A stretch of DNA of 64,000 nucleotides from Basidiobolus meristosporus CBS 931.73 (taxonomy: Eukaryota; Fungi; Basidiobolomycota). The notes beneath the pieces were generated by a model. The model saw only the letters and a list, made by a program, of their open reading frames with translations, made no database searches and had not been told where the DNA came from. A program made the translations under genes and the position numbers. Where the stretch lies: contig MCFE01000005.1 of the NCBI GenBank assembly GCA_002104905.1, positions 186,001-250,000 of the forward strand, in the 5' to 3' direction. Shown in pieces: positions 47,003 through 60,681 of the stretch (position 1 is the stretch's first letter; each line of letters begins with the position of its first letter).

Positions 47003-48111
47003 ATTGGCTGTACACTTTCATCCTGTCTGCTTGTTATCACGAATACCATCTGTTGCACCTTCCCTTTAATACAATTCATTTACTTGTATATTTAGTAGCA
47101 TGGAATGTATGGATTGAAGCCATGTGTTCCGAAATCCCTATCAGATTTGAAACATTGATATAAAGCGACATTCTCGAGCTGCCCGTTCACAAGAAAGATT
47201 GATTTCAGGTTGTTGACCAACGGCCGGATTACATAATGAGAAGATGCTGAGCTTGATTAGGAATGTGACGAGATCATGATCACGCACCACGCCATTTGTA
47301 GCCAAATTATTCCAGTTTCCGCACCCAAGGCAATATTGCTTGTATAACAAGCGGGCAGCTCTGTTCAAGCACCCCTACCACAACACATGGAATCAGCAGA
47401 TGAGGATAGATGTCGTGAAACGGCTCCACAACGAGGCGGACACTGCCACAATCAGTCAGCTCAATACAACGCCAAGGCAGTTCCCATTTGCTCAATCATT
47501 GCTACTGGCTCTGCGCTACAGCGATGCAGAAGGAAATCATTGAATCAGACGATCGAATGTGTTTATGTATGCAATAATGAGGGGGGACTTTTTTGATATG
47601 TACAAGACCCCGCGCGCAACGCCATTTTGGGGGGGGAGGAAGAGAAAATACAACTTTTTTTTGCATGAGTTCCATGGGCTAGCAAAATCCATGGAATCAA
47701 CATCTATAGAACATGAAATGTAACAACGGGCAAAGGCAAAGAATGTGATAAATACGAAGTATCGAAATTCGCTCGAGCATGGGGTCGAGTGGAACCGGGT
47801 GCTATACATCGGCTTTTCAAGATGGTGCTAGAAGTGCGGTCCGATGGTCTTCGTGAATCGCTTCGTCGGACGTCTCGGTCGCCGGGTGGAACGTAAGTGG
47901 CAGGGAGCAAAGGTCGATACGCGCGGGCTTGATCCATAGTTTAGGTTTTTTCGTGGATGATTTTTACATTCTTATCGAAAGAGTATATAAATATGTAATG
48001 TTCTGGCAATATATGTATAAGTGTTCGTAGATTGCTGGCAGTCGATTAGTTGGGGGATATTTCCTGTAGAACGAAGTGCTGGTTGTTGTACGCTCTCTCG
48101 TAGTTTCCCAA

Positions 48112-49437
48112 TCAATTGGATCGAAGTCTATTCAGTAGACTTCCTCTATGCAGTTCGGTTCTTCTTGCAGGAATGGCGTGTATTCTTCTGTTGGTTAACA
48201 ACGAGGTATGTCTATAAGAATGGGTTTCACGAGGCCAGCTCGCTCCTTTAGGCTTGTTGCGACGTTGGGAGAAATTGTTGCAGAAGCGGCTCATAAGGAT
48301 CTTGCATTCTTCCAAATATTCATTATCGTTCATTTCGATGTAATTCTGAGGAGTACAGAAATCCCTGAACTCCTCGTAAAATTTCCGATAGCCTCCATCC
48401 ACAATGTAAAGCTCTGGGAAATAAAGATTAGGGTAGTTTTCTATGTTTAGCTCACGATCCTTATTACGTAGGTAGAGGGCCCTGGAAATGGAATGGTCAG
48501 GACTAGATGCAGGGTGGATAGAAGGCAGGCAAACATACATGCGAGGGCCTCGTTGAGCGGAGTATTCGCAATGGAATATTACAATTGTACGGGTACTAGT
48601 GGGGATGTTTACAAAAAAGTGCTTCTCCAAATCCTCCTTGGTGTTCAAGTTTAGAGCCCCTTCAATATGACCACCTTCGTACTCATAAGGAAATCGGCAA
48701 TCGACAACTTCCAGCTTGTCATATGCATCTCTGAACTTTCCGGAAAGAACCTCGGAAAGCTGCGGGAGGATGGTTAGCTTCCGATGGGGAGAAAGAGGCC
48801 ACTAGACATACATACAGTTTGTGGGGTAATTCGTTTAAGGGTATCGTCTTTACTGTTGAAGTAAGGGAGAGAATTAAGCTGCCCACGGGTGTCCAGCACT
48901 GCATGTTTATAGGTGTCTTGAAACAGGAACTCTTGGTTGGAGAGACTAAGCAGACTCGACGTTTTTCGAAGTTTCGCCGGCGGGGGTTTAGGCATGTCAG
49001 TGCTATAGTGCATTGAAACATTTAGGTCGATCGACGATCGGCGGGTTTGAGCTGCAAACAAGAGTTAGCCTTGGGCTCGTCATGAAAACACAGAATACCA
49101 AGTACCAGGCATAGTTAGGATTTGGAAGTAATAGCAAAGGGCGAGTATGGAGGGAAACTGAATGAGAGCGTCCAACGAATGCCGACGCTTCCAAGTATAA
49201 TTTATAGGTCTGGCAGACTAGGGTGAGCCCAGGTTTGATGCCGCCCCATTGTATCTTATTGCTGGGTCTCATTGTTATTATCATAGCTTGGATCAACATG
49301 CGGAGGATCTGAGATGTGGAGTAAGGATTTGTGATCAGGGATTGAAGACAAGCTTGGAGTATGATCCTAGGTATGCAACTCGATTGGTAAGTGTAATCAA
49401 AGAACTGGATGCTGGTGACATCCTCTATTGATCTCAT
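48112..49437 (-). CDS. CDC25: Cdc25/Mih1 M-phase inducer phosphatase; 5' structure uncertain
   Basis: 'DCRFPYEYEGGHI', active site 'HCEYSAQRGPRM', 'YP.LYFPELYIVDGGY'. Confidence 0.88.
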
Positions 49438-50821
49438 TCCTGCCTCTTTTACTTAGTTCAGGTGGCGTAACAGATATTGATTAATGCAACATTCTTCCCG
49501 CATAAATTAATGATTTTGGGCAGTATCGAGGTCATTCGGTATCTCGAGCTAACTTACACTCACACGTACACTCACACGTATAGCTTAGCATTTACTTACA
49601 ACCATAAATCCAACAACTTGGTAACCAGGCTGATGTCATGAAGGCGATGATTTGTCCAATCAATGTTGTGATGTGGGTCTGATTATCACAACACGCACAG
49701 TTGCCAAGCAACCGTTGGCAAATGTCACTTGTAAATTGTGTACTGTAAGCGGGGGAACAAGGCGTAATCCCCCAATAGAATATCCCCATTCCTCAGTGAC
49801 AATACCTGACCTTGCATCATGTATAGGCAATACTATCTCTGCGCCACTAGGGTGCCTCCATTACAGTTGTGTATTGCGTTGGGTATTTCGCCACTTCGCT
49901 GGACGATGTGGGAGCCAATAAATTTTACAATTGTATGCTCTGTTTTCATATAACCATGGGCTGAATGCCCTCTTGTACATTAACTTCGTGCTCCAAGAAT
50001 GTTCTTTTTGTGTAAGTTTCGTGCTTTAGGAATGCACTCTTTTACATAAGCTTCGTACTCCAAATCTGAGCCGTTTGCCTCGTCGGAGCTTTTGTAAGAA
50101 CCGTCTTTGCTTCAGAATATAGTCCGGCAAGGACTCGTACGTAGACGATGTCTACGTCAACGTCAAAAAAAAGAAAATTTGATGGTCAAGCACCAAGCTG
50201 GGTTGTACCAAAGGATATTGTTGAATCAAGATAATTAGTATGACTCATTGAATGGGAAGATTATCAGAATGCACTCATTTCCAACATGTTCAAGGTACTG
50301 GGTCTGCTATTCGGCTAGGAAATCTAGGCCCTTCATGGAGGTTGAGCTCCCCTAATCGAAACAACGTCACCCAGTGATCATTGCCATGCTCAGCTCAAGA
50401 TCACTGGGCCTTGTGGTTGTGTCATTGATCCTACGCTTATTTCAAAGCCAACTAAGCTATCGCCGATTAGAAGCCATTTGACAATTGTTCACACCGTCTT
50501 CTCAGCTGTACCATACTCATGTGATAAACGGCCTAGGCCGTACGCGTGGAGGGAATGCCTGCATACCCCGGAACGCACAACATCATCGCATGGCATGGTG
50601 GTCGTGTATGACAGTTTCATTCACACTCGAGAAAATACCGCCGGTAAATAACAAACTCTGCGAGATTAATGAACCAACAGCATTCAGAGGGCGGCAAATC
50701 GATCTCTCAGACTCCCACACTTTACTGGAAAAATAAAGTTCACAGATTGCAGAGATCCAATTTATTATTGCTCCGAGTTTTGTACAAAATGAAAGAAGCC
50801 GTCAAACGAGATAGTAGGGAA

Positions 50822-51799
50822 TTAAACGTGCTTGAACTTGTAGTAATCCTCATCGAAATGGTGCACACGCACGTAACCATCTTCTCCGCCACTGGAGAAG
50901 CTCTTACCATCCGGGTGAATGGCGATGGTGTTGATGGGACCGAAATGTCCCTTGACACGGCCAACTTCCTCTTCGAAGATCTTGTGATAGAACCGGCACT
51001 CGAATTTACCAGCACGTTGGGAGGTGGTTGTTACATTCATGGCTTCTTGACCACCACCAAGGACGACGAATTCTTGGAACTTGGGAGTGAGTGAGGCCGA
51101 GTTGAGTGGGGTATCGGTGGTGTATGACTTCAAATGGTTCAAGGTGTTGGCGTCAAAGATCTTGGCCGACTTGTCCTTTGAGCTGGTGATGAAGTAGGTG
51201 CGATCAACTGAGAATTGAAGATCGGTGATGGGTTCATCGTGGGGATGAACGCTCTTGAGTTTTTCACCGGTCTTGGGGTCCCACATGGAGATGCTGCCGT
51301 TCTCGTGGCCGGAAATGATATACTTGTTCAAGTAACCCCAGCCGGCGACAGTAGCCTTGGAGCCTTCAGGGATGATGACGTTGATAGGTTCGAGGGTGTA
51401 CTTATCGCCATCCTTGACGATATCGAGGACAGTAACGGTACCGGGATGACCCATTCTCTCCTCAGTGACGATCAGGGCAAGGGCATCATCTTCGGAGAAT
51501 TGGACACGCTTCACAGCAGTCTTGGTTTCCAAGGTATAAAGGAGTTTACCGGTTTGAACTTCCCACAAACGAGCAGTGTTATCGGCAGAACCAGTCAACA
51601 AAAGAGTGGTGGTAGAGTCAACGTCGACAGTCCAGATAGCACCGACGTGTCCGTTGTAAGTGCCTAAACGTTCGCCATTATGGGAAAACCAAGCGTTTAC
51701 AACATTATCCTTGGATACACTGAACAAAAGATCGCCTTCACGATTGTATTTTATTTGAGTGAGGGAACGAGTGTGTCCTTGCAAAAGAATAGGTCTCAT
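50822..51799 (-). CDS. TIF34: Translation initiation factor eIF3 subunit i (WD40), intronless
   Basis: '[27 protein letters not shown]', '[12 protein letters not shown]', '[11 protein letters not shown]'. The ATG is at 51799; 51814 in the ORF track is TTG. Confidence 0.95.
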   Translation of the reverse strand: MRPILLQGHTRSLTQIKYNREGDLLFSVSKDNVVNAWFSHNGERLGTYNGHVGAIWTVDVDSTTTLLLTGSADNTARLWEVQTGKLLYTLETKTAVKRVQFSEDDALALIVTEERMGHPGTVTVLDIVKDGDKYTLEPINVIIPEGSKATVAGWGYLNKYIISGHENGSISMWDPKTGEKLKSVHPHDEPITDLQFSVDRTYFITSSKDKSAKIFDANTLNHLKSYTTDTPLNSASLTPKFQEFVVLGGGQEAMNVTTTSQRAGKFECRFYHKIFEEEVGRVKGHFGPINTIAIHPDGKSFSSGGEDGYVRVHHFDEDYYKFKHV

Positions 51800-52442
51800 C
51801 TTGTCCGAATCCAAAGCAGTTGAGGTGGCAACAACGGAAGAGTCAAAATCCCCTTTAGAAATTTTTTCCTTACTATTGGAAAATCATCATACTGGGGGGT
51901 TGTGTTTTTTTCTTTTTTTTTCCCAACTTTTTTTCCCTCATTTTCGAGTCTCCAAGTGGTTAGAAAATATCATGATCGCTCGGAGATTACGTATATTTGC
52001 GTAAATTAGATGATTAACCCTGACTGATCGAGTAGTTTATGGTCAAAATACACACAAGTTGGCAACTTCCGCCATCGTAAGATCAACCATTGGTACACTC
52101 AGTTGTCATCAGATTGCGGTCAAGTGCAATCACTAGCCAACATGGAGGACGCATCGAATATTGTCAATCAATCAATCCCCACGAGTAATGAACCAAGTAT
52201 TACTTTAGATATTAATAGGATAGAGGGACGATGTGAGCAATGTTAACTATACTGCCAAATGACTGAATGGATGATGTTGTAAACCCCAAGATAGAGCTTA
52301 AGGCTCAGCTTGAGAATTGTAATGGTTAAGTGATGGTGGTGGCGGCGGTGGGGTTTCTACAAATTCAGGAGCCTCACATCGAATACAATTTCTACAATGG
52401 ATAGTAGAGTGAGAATTGTTAATGTACATGATATCAAGATTT

Positions 52443-55400
52443 TCAGCTTTGCATCAAGTTGGCGTATGAGCTTTTCGGTCGCGAGAGTGCATCCGGGTTA
52501 GGTGTGATGCTGGAGGATCTAGATCTACGCTGGTTCGAGGACTTGAATTCGTTGGCGGCGTTAAGCTGCTGCTGCTTGCGACGAAGATCCAGCTGGTTTA
52601 CTACGAAGTGTTTGGCTTCTTTGTCGGAGTGGGTTTGAAGAATCCGTAGGATGTAATCGCATCGCTCGGTAAACAGCCGTTTCTCGGATTTCCGTTCTTT
52701 GATGGTTCCGAAATGCCGTTGGATTTGTCTGTCGTCCTTCTCTCGATGTCCCGGCTTCTGTGCACTCTTCTTCATCGAGATGTTGTACTCGTTCATTAGA
52801 TCCTTGGTGCTCAACGAGAATAGCTCACGGGCCTCACACAATTCCTTGTACTTCCTGGTGGTAAGCCGCTCCATGGGAATCCCATCCCCATCTTCACCCC
52901 CGTTGAAATAAATCTTGATGAACTCAATGCACCTGTATATCATATCGATTTCGTAGGGCTCCAAAGGCTCATATTCTACGTCAAAAAGCGGTATCAACAA
53001 CCGCTCAAAGGCCAGCAAAACCTCCTTCCAGATCTTTTCGATCATGTTCTCAGCCAAGACGTCGTATATGTTTTCATTGATCATCCCAAGGTTGTTGTCC
53101 AGATAGTCAAACAGCGGGTATAGCATCCTGTCGCACTCTTCGTCAGTAATGCTTCGACTGGCGGTTTTGTTGGACGATTTCATAAACGAGAAATAGTTGT
53201 TACGCTTGAAGGGCATAATTAACCGGTTCCTTGATAAAAGTCCCTTGGTTTGAGATGAAAGTCGATTAATTACTGTTCGAATCATGTCGACATGGGTCGA
53301 TTTCAGTGTGCGGAACGTTTTGCCGAAGTAGAATTGCGCATCATTCTTCTCTCCTTCAATGTGGACTCGTAACAGGATCCTCCCTTGTGGCTCCAAATCC
53401 AACCACACGTCGTGCGTGAAGTAGTCACAGAAGATAGCAGGGTCCAGGTTGAAGTAGGCGGTTCCGCAGCAGTCGTCATCCTTCATCATGTCCTTATCAA
53501 ACACGACGACCTCCACGCTGCCGACACCCGAGAACGAGATTTGAAAGGTTTCCTCCCAGCGGGGGTTCAAATTCTCATATATGATGCGAGTGCGGCCTAT
53601 CTCTCGACCATTGCTTTTGAGGACTACATACGGATCGCTGAGCCCATTGCGATCGCATGGCTGCAGATCCTGGCCAAGGACAACCTCGACAAAATATCGA
53701 TGGACGTATGGCATGGGGCTTTCTGGGGTATCAAGCTCGGACCTTGGGCTCTGACCTTCCAAAGTCAGGGATACCTTGTCGATATCCAGGGAGTGGTATA
53801 GGTCATTAAGACGGTCCTGAGCGATCTCAATGTTGTTCAGCTTTACACAGGCTTGCAAACTAATGTCCGTTGGGGCCAGGTTTTCATCGAAAGAACCGAT
53901 GTGGGGTTTCTTTCCAAGATTCATCCAACTCGAGGACCCTGTAGGGTGTAGCTCTGGCGGAATGGCCTTCAGATCGTGTATGAATGTATCTAACGTGATT
54001 TGACAGTACTGCTCGACAATCTGGCTGATCACCTTCGAGAGCTTCAGCACAAATTGGGCCTTCAACAACTCATCGGGCCATATCAGCTCTGAGCTGGGTC
54101 GGATCTGCTGCTGGAAGAATGAGAATAGATCCACCACAGAGGTCGAGTGGCGTAGTCGATCGGAAATCATGGTGAACTGGTCCACGGCAATCGCACGCTC
54201 AACCCAGTCGTTAGCTTTGGAGCCAAGAGTGTTCAACCACCTTTCCACCTGGGCTTTGAACCACTTCCCTAAGTCAATCTGGAAATCAATTCTAAACCGA
54301 TCAAGATTCTGGTTAGTGCTTGTAAGTTCGCTACCAAAAGGTTCATCTCTTACTCGGGGCAATGCTCTTGGGCGATATGATGCAACTTCAACACGTGATT
54401 GTAGAGTTTGAATGTATCCTCAATAGGGATGTTTTCGCTCTTCTTGTCGTTCACCATATTCTGAACTTCGGGGATGAAGAAGTTCTTCAATGGGAAATGC
54501 AGGACGATACTGATGATATCAATCTTTTGGCTGAACACTGGCTTGGGGAAGCATTTCTGATACTTCGCAATGTCTCGAAGGATGAGTTCGTTGAGCTCCA
54601 GCAAGGTCAACGCTTCCGCTGCATCCGGCTCGGGGGAGACCAGTTCTCTCAGCTCGTAAAATCGCTTGATGGTTGAGTTGAGAACGATATCTCGGAACGT
54701 CTCATAGAATTGCTCTTGATTGGTGTGTTTCTCTTGATATAACGGGTATTGATGGATCTCTGATAGCATGGAGATCACAATACGAAACGTTTGAGGGGAG
54801 GTGGTGCCAAACATTCGGAACGAATGCTCGAATTGCTGCAAGAGCAAGGGAACCATGGCCTCGAAGATGCATAGAAGGTAGTTGGACTAGAATATACTTA
54901 GTTTCAACCCTCGGATATGGTGGAGAATGGAGTAGCCACTTACATCAGGAATATTCCAATCAATTTCATCGCATTCTTCCGTGGTTTTCTTAAGCATGAG
55001 AACTGCAGAGTCCAGGTAGCTAAGAGGAACAGCGCCGCTCTCGAACTGGTCGTTGATAACGTTCAGGTAGGCAACCTTTCTAAAGAGCTTCGTCAGCCTC
55101 CACCGATACCCACACTCGGCCAGAATCTCGTTCGAGAGCTTGGAGAGAGACAAGGTCTCCGTGGATTTTTTAACGTGTCCGAGGATATCCTTCTGAACAC
55201 AGCGCCTGAGCAGATTGAGGTAGCAACCCTTCGGATCTTGAGGCATGTAGGTAAATCCAGGCTTGGTGTACTTGATGAAGGGGCGTGGAAGCTTATATTA
55301 CTACCGAGAAGTATGGCTGGCAAATGGAAGCAATGCCTCAGTTACCTCAATGGCTGCGCTTTGATCTGCCCTTCCGGTGCGAGCTAAAGACATCATGAAC

Positions 55401-56245
55401 TGTTGTATGGTGGTTCGTTCTCTAGATTTCCATGTTTCAAACAACTCGGGGGTTTTGAAATCTTTAATGGTCAACACCCCGCCTGTTCCTTTCTCGAGAT
55501 TGCTTAAGCATTCTTTCAGTTCCCAGAATGCCGACTAAAATTGAAAATTAGGTAAGCGAAAAATATATAGCTGCACGGGGAGTGTCGAAATCCAAACGGG
55601 TACCTGTCCATTACACATGTTGGAGAACGACTCAACTACTCGCTGATGTTCCCGGGAGGACACCTCATACAACTCACCGACCCAATCAGCCAGTTTACCT
55701 TCAGATGCGCTCGATTGCTTGGCAGCGGCAGGCTGAATGATGAGCTGGTAGTTTTCAAGGCGCTTAAGAATATCAGCGGTGGCGAGTTGCGGGAAAGTGA
55801 CCAGAACATCTCTCAGGATGGAAACGAAAATCCTGACGTACTCCAACAATCTCTCTTTAGTGCTCTGAGAGGATTCAATCCCTTGTTGTCTGAATTGAGT
55901 GGATACGGTTTTTGAATAGAAAATCACCAGATCCTCCATTTTGCCATTCTCCTTTAGGGTTGAATAATAGGAACGGTCATGAAGACTACTAGCCATAAGC
56001 GTGATACATTTCCGAGAAAGATTGTCGCCGTAGGTGGTGTTTGTAGAGGGTAGCCTAGATATGGAGCCTAGGCGTTCTCGAAGGGCTTTTATGAACTGTT
56101 TGGGCAAGCCACCATGATGAGAGGTGATGTGAAAGCTACGTTTCTTATATTCGCGAGTGACTTTCTCCTCAGCCAGGTTCTGTGTCAGCAAAGCGCAACG
56201 AAGTACATATGGGTACACTTGCTTTGAATGTAACTCCTTTATCAT
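52443..56245 (-). CDS. Munc13-like (MUN/MHD plus C2 domain) protein, spliced
   Basis: C2 domain 'GQDLQPCDRNGLSDPYVV..RTRIIYENLNPRWEETF..VFDKD', flanked by helical MHD-like regions ('VKLNNIE', 'LFDYLDNNL'). GT-AG introns link the four ORFs. Confidence 0.72.
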
Positions 56246-56712
56246 GGGGAAGGAAAAAACACGGCGAACACTATGTGTTTAACGGAGTACTTGATAACTT
56301 CCACCTGGATAAGGAAAATGTAAACCTGCGTTAGAAACCACACGAGAATTAAGCTAGAGTAAAGTGGCGTTGCCTTTGAATCAGTAAATAGTTGAAATAG
56401 CTGGGAGGTGTTACTAAAGTGAACTTGACACCGCTTGAACTAGAGAACTAGCCACACGACACTTTAATAATAAAGGCTGAAGGGGCTGAATTGGAATTGC
56501 CATGGCGAATTACTAATTAATTGTTTTCTGAACACATAGCATGAATCTAAATAATAAGCCTAAAGTATCCTGGAAATCTTTATTCCTTAAAATCAGCGTA
56601 GTGAATGTTTCGTGAAACAAGAGTAACAAGTGTTTCAATTAGATGTTCACACATCAGATCCGTCGGCGCTCGTGAGGAGCTTCAAAACAAAGGAAATTGG
56701 TCTCTATACTAT

Positions 56713-58034
56713 CTACTGCTCCATTTGCTGTGTTTGCTCTAGTACTATCGATTGGGTTGGATGTGACAACCACGAGCCGATGATTTCATCGATTTTTTCC
56801 AAGCCAACCCAGCCGCAGAGCGGTGTGTCACCAATTTCGTAATGAGCCTCCTTATTGAAAAACAGCAGACCATCAGGTTGGTAGCCAAGTTGATATGGAT
56901 TCCCTGCCAAGGAAGTCAAGGATTCGGGTGCACAATCGAAGACCTGTAACGAGCGGAATTGGAACGCCGTTTGTGCCGAAGTTCGTGGGGGATCTAACTC
57001 GGCCAACTTGCTTTGAAGCCAAAAAAAGCTGGGCACGGGTGATGCTTAGATCGTATATAATTGATATGCCCAAAGTGAAGAACCTACCGAAACTCTGTAG
57101 CACAGTCATAGAATGGCATACCCTTCCAGCACATCAGATCAAGCACATAAAAAGTTGAGGAGTTCTCATCGAATATACAATCGAGAATACAATAATCGGA
57201 AGATCGGTTCCCTCTATATCATCCATTAGTATGTTGCAAGCAGTCGATGGAATTTTACATATATACAGGACAGACATACCTGTAAGTGCCAGAACCTGCC
57301 GGAAGTGTAGACTGGAATTGTTTAAATATACGACCACTTTTAGCTCGACATATTGTCTTTCCTGTATCAAATGATCAACCTCTTGACCGGCAGCGGTATG
57401 CACTGGAAGAGACTTTTACCAACCATTTGCTGCAACGATCATACACCGTTTTCCTTTTGGACATAGAACCATATACCAACCACCAAACAGATTGGGTGGC
57501 ACTTGAATCATCCATTCAGCATACATAAGCTGATCACTATCATTGATAAAACTTAGAGGCCTCCCTTGGAAGCTAAAATAATCCAAAAACCTACGCATAA
57601 GGATTCTTTTTCTGACTTTTATCCCGAAAATGACCTTTAATTCGAAGCCGCTTTGCAGTATCTTGTCCTTCCGAATCATCTGTCTCGTCGTCTAATTTAC
57701 GCTTCTCACCTTGTGCAAAAGGAGACTCGGCATCACTCTCACTCTCCTCCTGGTTATTTTCCGACAATGCTAGTTCCTGTGCATACTCACTAAAATCTCT
57801 TTTTCTCTAAGAACAAAGTTAATTTGCCGGGGGCCAATTGGAATCCGTCTCAATGCGAAGAGTAGTATATGCAACCTTTTTTTGCTCGCTCAGCAATATC
57901 TCTCTTCTGACGTTCTGGTCCTCGACTGTTGGGTTCATCGGCAAATATATATTACTGTTGAAGCAGCAACAACCTCGAGACAAAAATAGCACCGGATAAG
58001 ACGTACTCCATCCAGCGACCGATTGAATTTCCAT
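56713..58034 (-). CDS. SNUPN: Snurportin-1 (m3G-cap snRNP import adaptor), multi-exon; start uncertain
   Basis: '[14 protein letters not shown]', '[17 protein letters not shown]', '[23 protein letters not shown]', 'DGLLFF..HY..G.TPL.GW'. Confidence 0.85.
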
Positions 58035-58875
58035 TTTAATCAACCATGGTTGTTTAAAAAATGCATAAAAATGCCAGTTGTTTAGTTTTCGCAGTAATCG
58101 TGACAATGCCAAGCTACTTCAGATGGATGGGAGTAGCATAATATTATTGACTTGATGGGGGGGGGGTGAAAATCGAACAAAACAATTCAGAATCCAAACT
58201 CACCCGAGTTATCGGCAAAGATAGCTTTTCATAAATTAAAAAGCCTGCACGACGTTCGGGATTGAAATGCCTTAAACTTGGGCGTCATGTTGTAAACTTT
58301 CCCATCCGATCTAGAATAATCCATGATGCAGATTTCCTTGGGCCAAACATGGCGAGTTATTTATAGCGATTAAAAATAAATTCCGCACCCTCTTGCCAAG
58401 GCCGGAATCGAGCTAAATTAATTTTGGAATGTTACACTTACCCGCTAGTCACATGACGATCCTATTTGTCGGGAGGATAGATTAAATTGATGTGATCGGG
58501 TAAACGGACGGAGTCTACGTCTGCATGGAGACTCGAATGTTCGGATAAATTGGATCAAGATTCGAGCGCTCGCAGGAAGATGGTGGTACACCTTTATCTA
58601 AAAGATGATATTTCTCGTGCCAACAATCACGCATACATGACATGTTTCATATTTAATATATGGGACAGATGGAAAAAGATGTCAAAATATCGTAATGATT
58701 GAATGTACGTGACATTGAGATAGAGATGTAGGTAAAGAATATTCACATTCTAGTACGGTGATGGTTGATGGGGAAATGAACATGTGGTGTGGATAATAGC
58801 GCCCATTGGAGCGTGCAATAAGTATGGATATTTAAAATTATCGAAATTAAAGAGATAGGCTATATCTCAGAACTA

Positions 58876-60681
58876 TCACATATTCATACTTCTCGAGTTG
58901 GTTGGTCTTCCCAAGTCTGGTGAAAACATGTTCTGCATTCGAGAGGTTGGAGCTCGCGACACAGAAGGAGAGCGAGGCTGCTCCGCGCTTAGGTATCTAC
59001 CACTGCTGCGCGATACTGATACCGACCGAGGTTGGGGCTCCATATAGTGTCTACCAGTGCTTCGCGAAACCGATTGTGTGCGTGGTTGAGGCTGTGTAAA
59101 CTGCCCGCCAGTACCCTGAGATATTGAGTAGGAGCGAGAGTGACCCTCATGAAAACCTCTGTAACCAGTCCGGTGTGAAAGTGGGTCAAGGTTTGACTGG
59201 CTTTCATAGTTGGCATATGAAAACATAGTACCTGGTAGTGATGTTGTGGATGAGGCTGACCTCATACCCGAGGTCCTGGACAAAGATGAATATACAGTGT
59301 TCTCGTAGCCTTGTCGCCGGATATCAAAGTAGTCATCGGAAGGTTCATTATAGCCGGCATAATAAGGATCATTAAAGTAGGCATTATTAAGCATATGAGC
59401 ACTGTTCATGTGCTCGCGGTTTCGGTATGCTGTATGTGGAATAGTGTCAAAGAATTGCTCAGCCGGTAGAGGACCATACCGATTTGAGATAGGTTGCATG
59501 TTTTCGCTGTAATACTCGTCAGGATAATGGGAAGCTTGATATCCAAGTGGTCCCGCTTTTCTTTCGCTAGGCTTATGTACAGACACCTTCGTTTTTGGAT
59601 GGGGGGACGCTTCTCTTCTAGAATAGCTGCTAGGAACGTCGTGGTTCTGGTGGCGGGAGGGGTTGCGCGGAGGAAGATCATACATTCTTTCACTCAACTC
59701 GCTAACATTGTCACATGAATATGTACGTCGAGAACTATATATCGAGCTGCTATCATCTTCAGATATATCGTTTTCATTAGGAATATACTCGGCATATGCC
59801 GAGAATGATACAGAGCGGGTGCGTTCCTTTATTTTTTTCGAAGGTTGTTGATGGCCTGGGGATTGAGGTTAGTTATTCCGATGTACAGTCGTGAACGAGG
59901 TCCAGATAGTGTACCTTTCTCATTGGGGCGATTCACCATATCCCTTCTAGCCAGAGCCGCTAGAGGAACGTTGTCTTCGTCATCTGAACCTTGACTCTTA
60001 TCCGAATAAAGTTGAGCTGGCACCTGCAAAGTCTCAATAGGCTTGACTATATGTACGATGACTGGTTATTGGATCGATGATAAGAATTTGTGATCTATGA
60101 ATAATCAATTACCTGGGGCATCGAGCTGATTTTGCTGACCTGCCAGCACCACGTGGGCGGTACCAGTGTTCTTTTGTGCATCAGGAAGCTCTTCTGGCTC
60201 GCTTTTTTCGGATATACTTTCTAGTGAGCTATTGGGACTACCAAAAGCCTTGGAATGACCCTCTTTATCTAATGGTCGATGAGATGTAAATGTTAATATT
60301 GATGGACACTCGTGTGTAAGCTTTGAGGTAGTGATTACTTTTTAACGTTTCTTGATCGACTTGTTTGTGTATGGCGGTTTTCAAACTACTCTTTAGTGGT
60401 TTTGGCGGTAAGCTACTCGGTGGTTGGCTTCGTGCTCTAGTGGCGTGCGAGCCCGGTTCAATATAGCCTCGATATGTTGGTGCAGCACCAGATATCAAAG
60501 ATGGTGGGAAATGAGACTGAATGGCATGGGGAGGGGGGACTCGAGAGTTATTGACCTGTCGACGACTCTCTCTACGTGCCTCGCGCTTTTCGTCCATAGA
60601 TATTTGAAGCCTAGACATATGCATCGGCATACTTTGCATATTTTGTGCTAGCATATAGTCGGGCACACCACGGCCGGACAT
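58876..60681 (-). CDS. Unknown Ser/Arg/Pro-rich, probably disordered protein, spliced
   Basis: Long open exons (60681-~60310, ~60020-59915, 59857-58876) are joinable by GT-AG introns and include an 'SDDEDNVPLA' motif. No domain recognised. Confidence 0.6.

Noticed and set aside
50139-50157. 8-bp inverted repeat acgtagac-gat-gtctacgt
   Set aside because: Too short to distinguish from chance; bacterial-type terminators are not relevant in this eukaryote.
50211-50219. Minus-strand ATATCCTTT that could be another U12 donor
   Set aside because: No associated exon, branch point or AC acceptor could be identified. Similar hits at ~37560 and ~55175 fall within coding sequence.
58267-58279. atgccttaaactt, identical to the 5' end of human U12 snRNA
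   Set aside because: The branch-point-pairing GTAAGGA and a correctly spaced Sm site do not follow. It is treated as coincidence unless an Infernal U12 search hits here.
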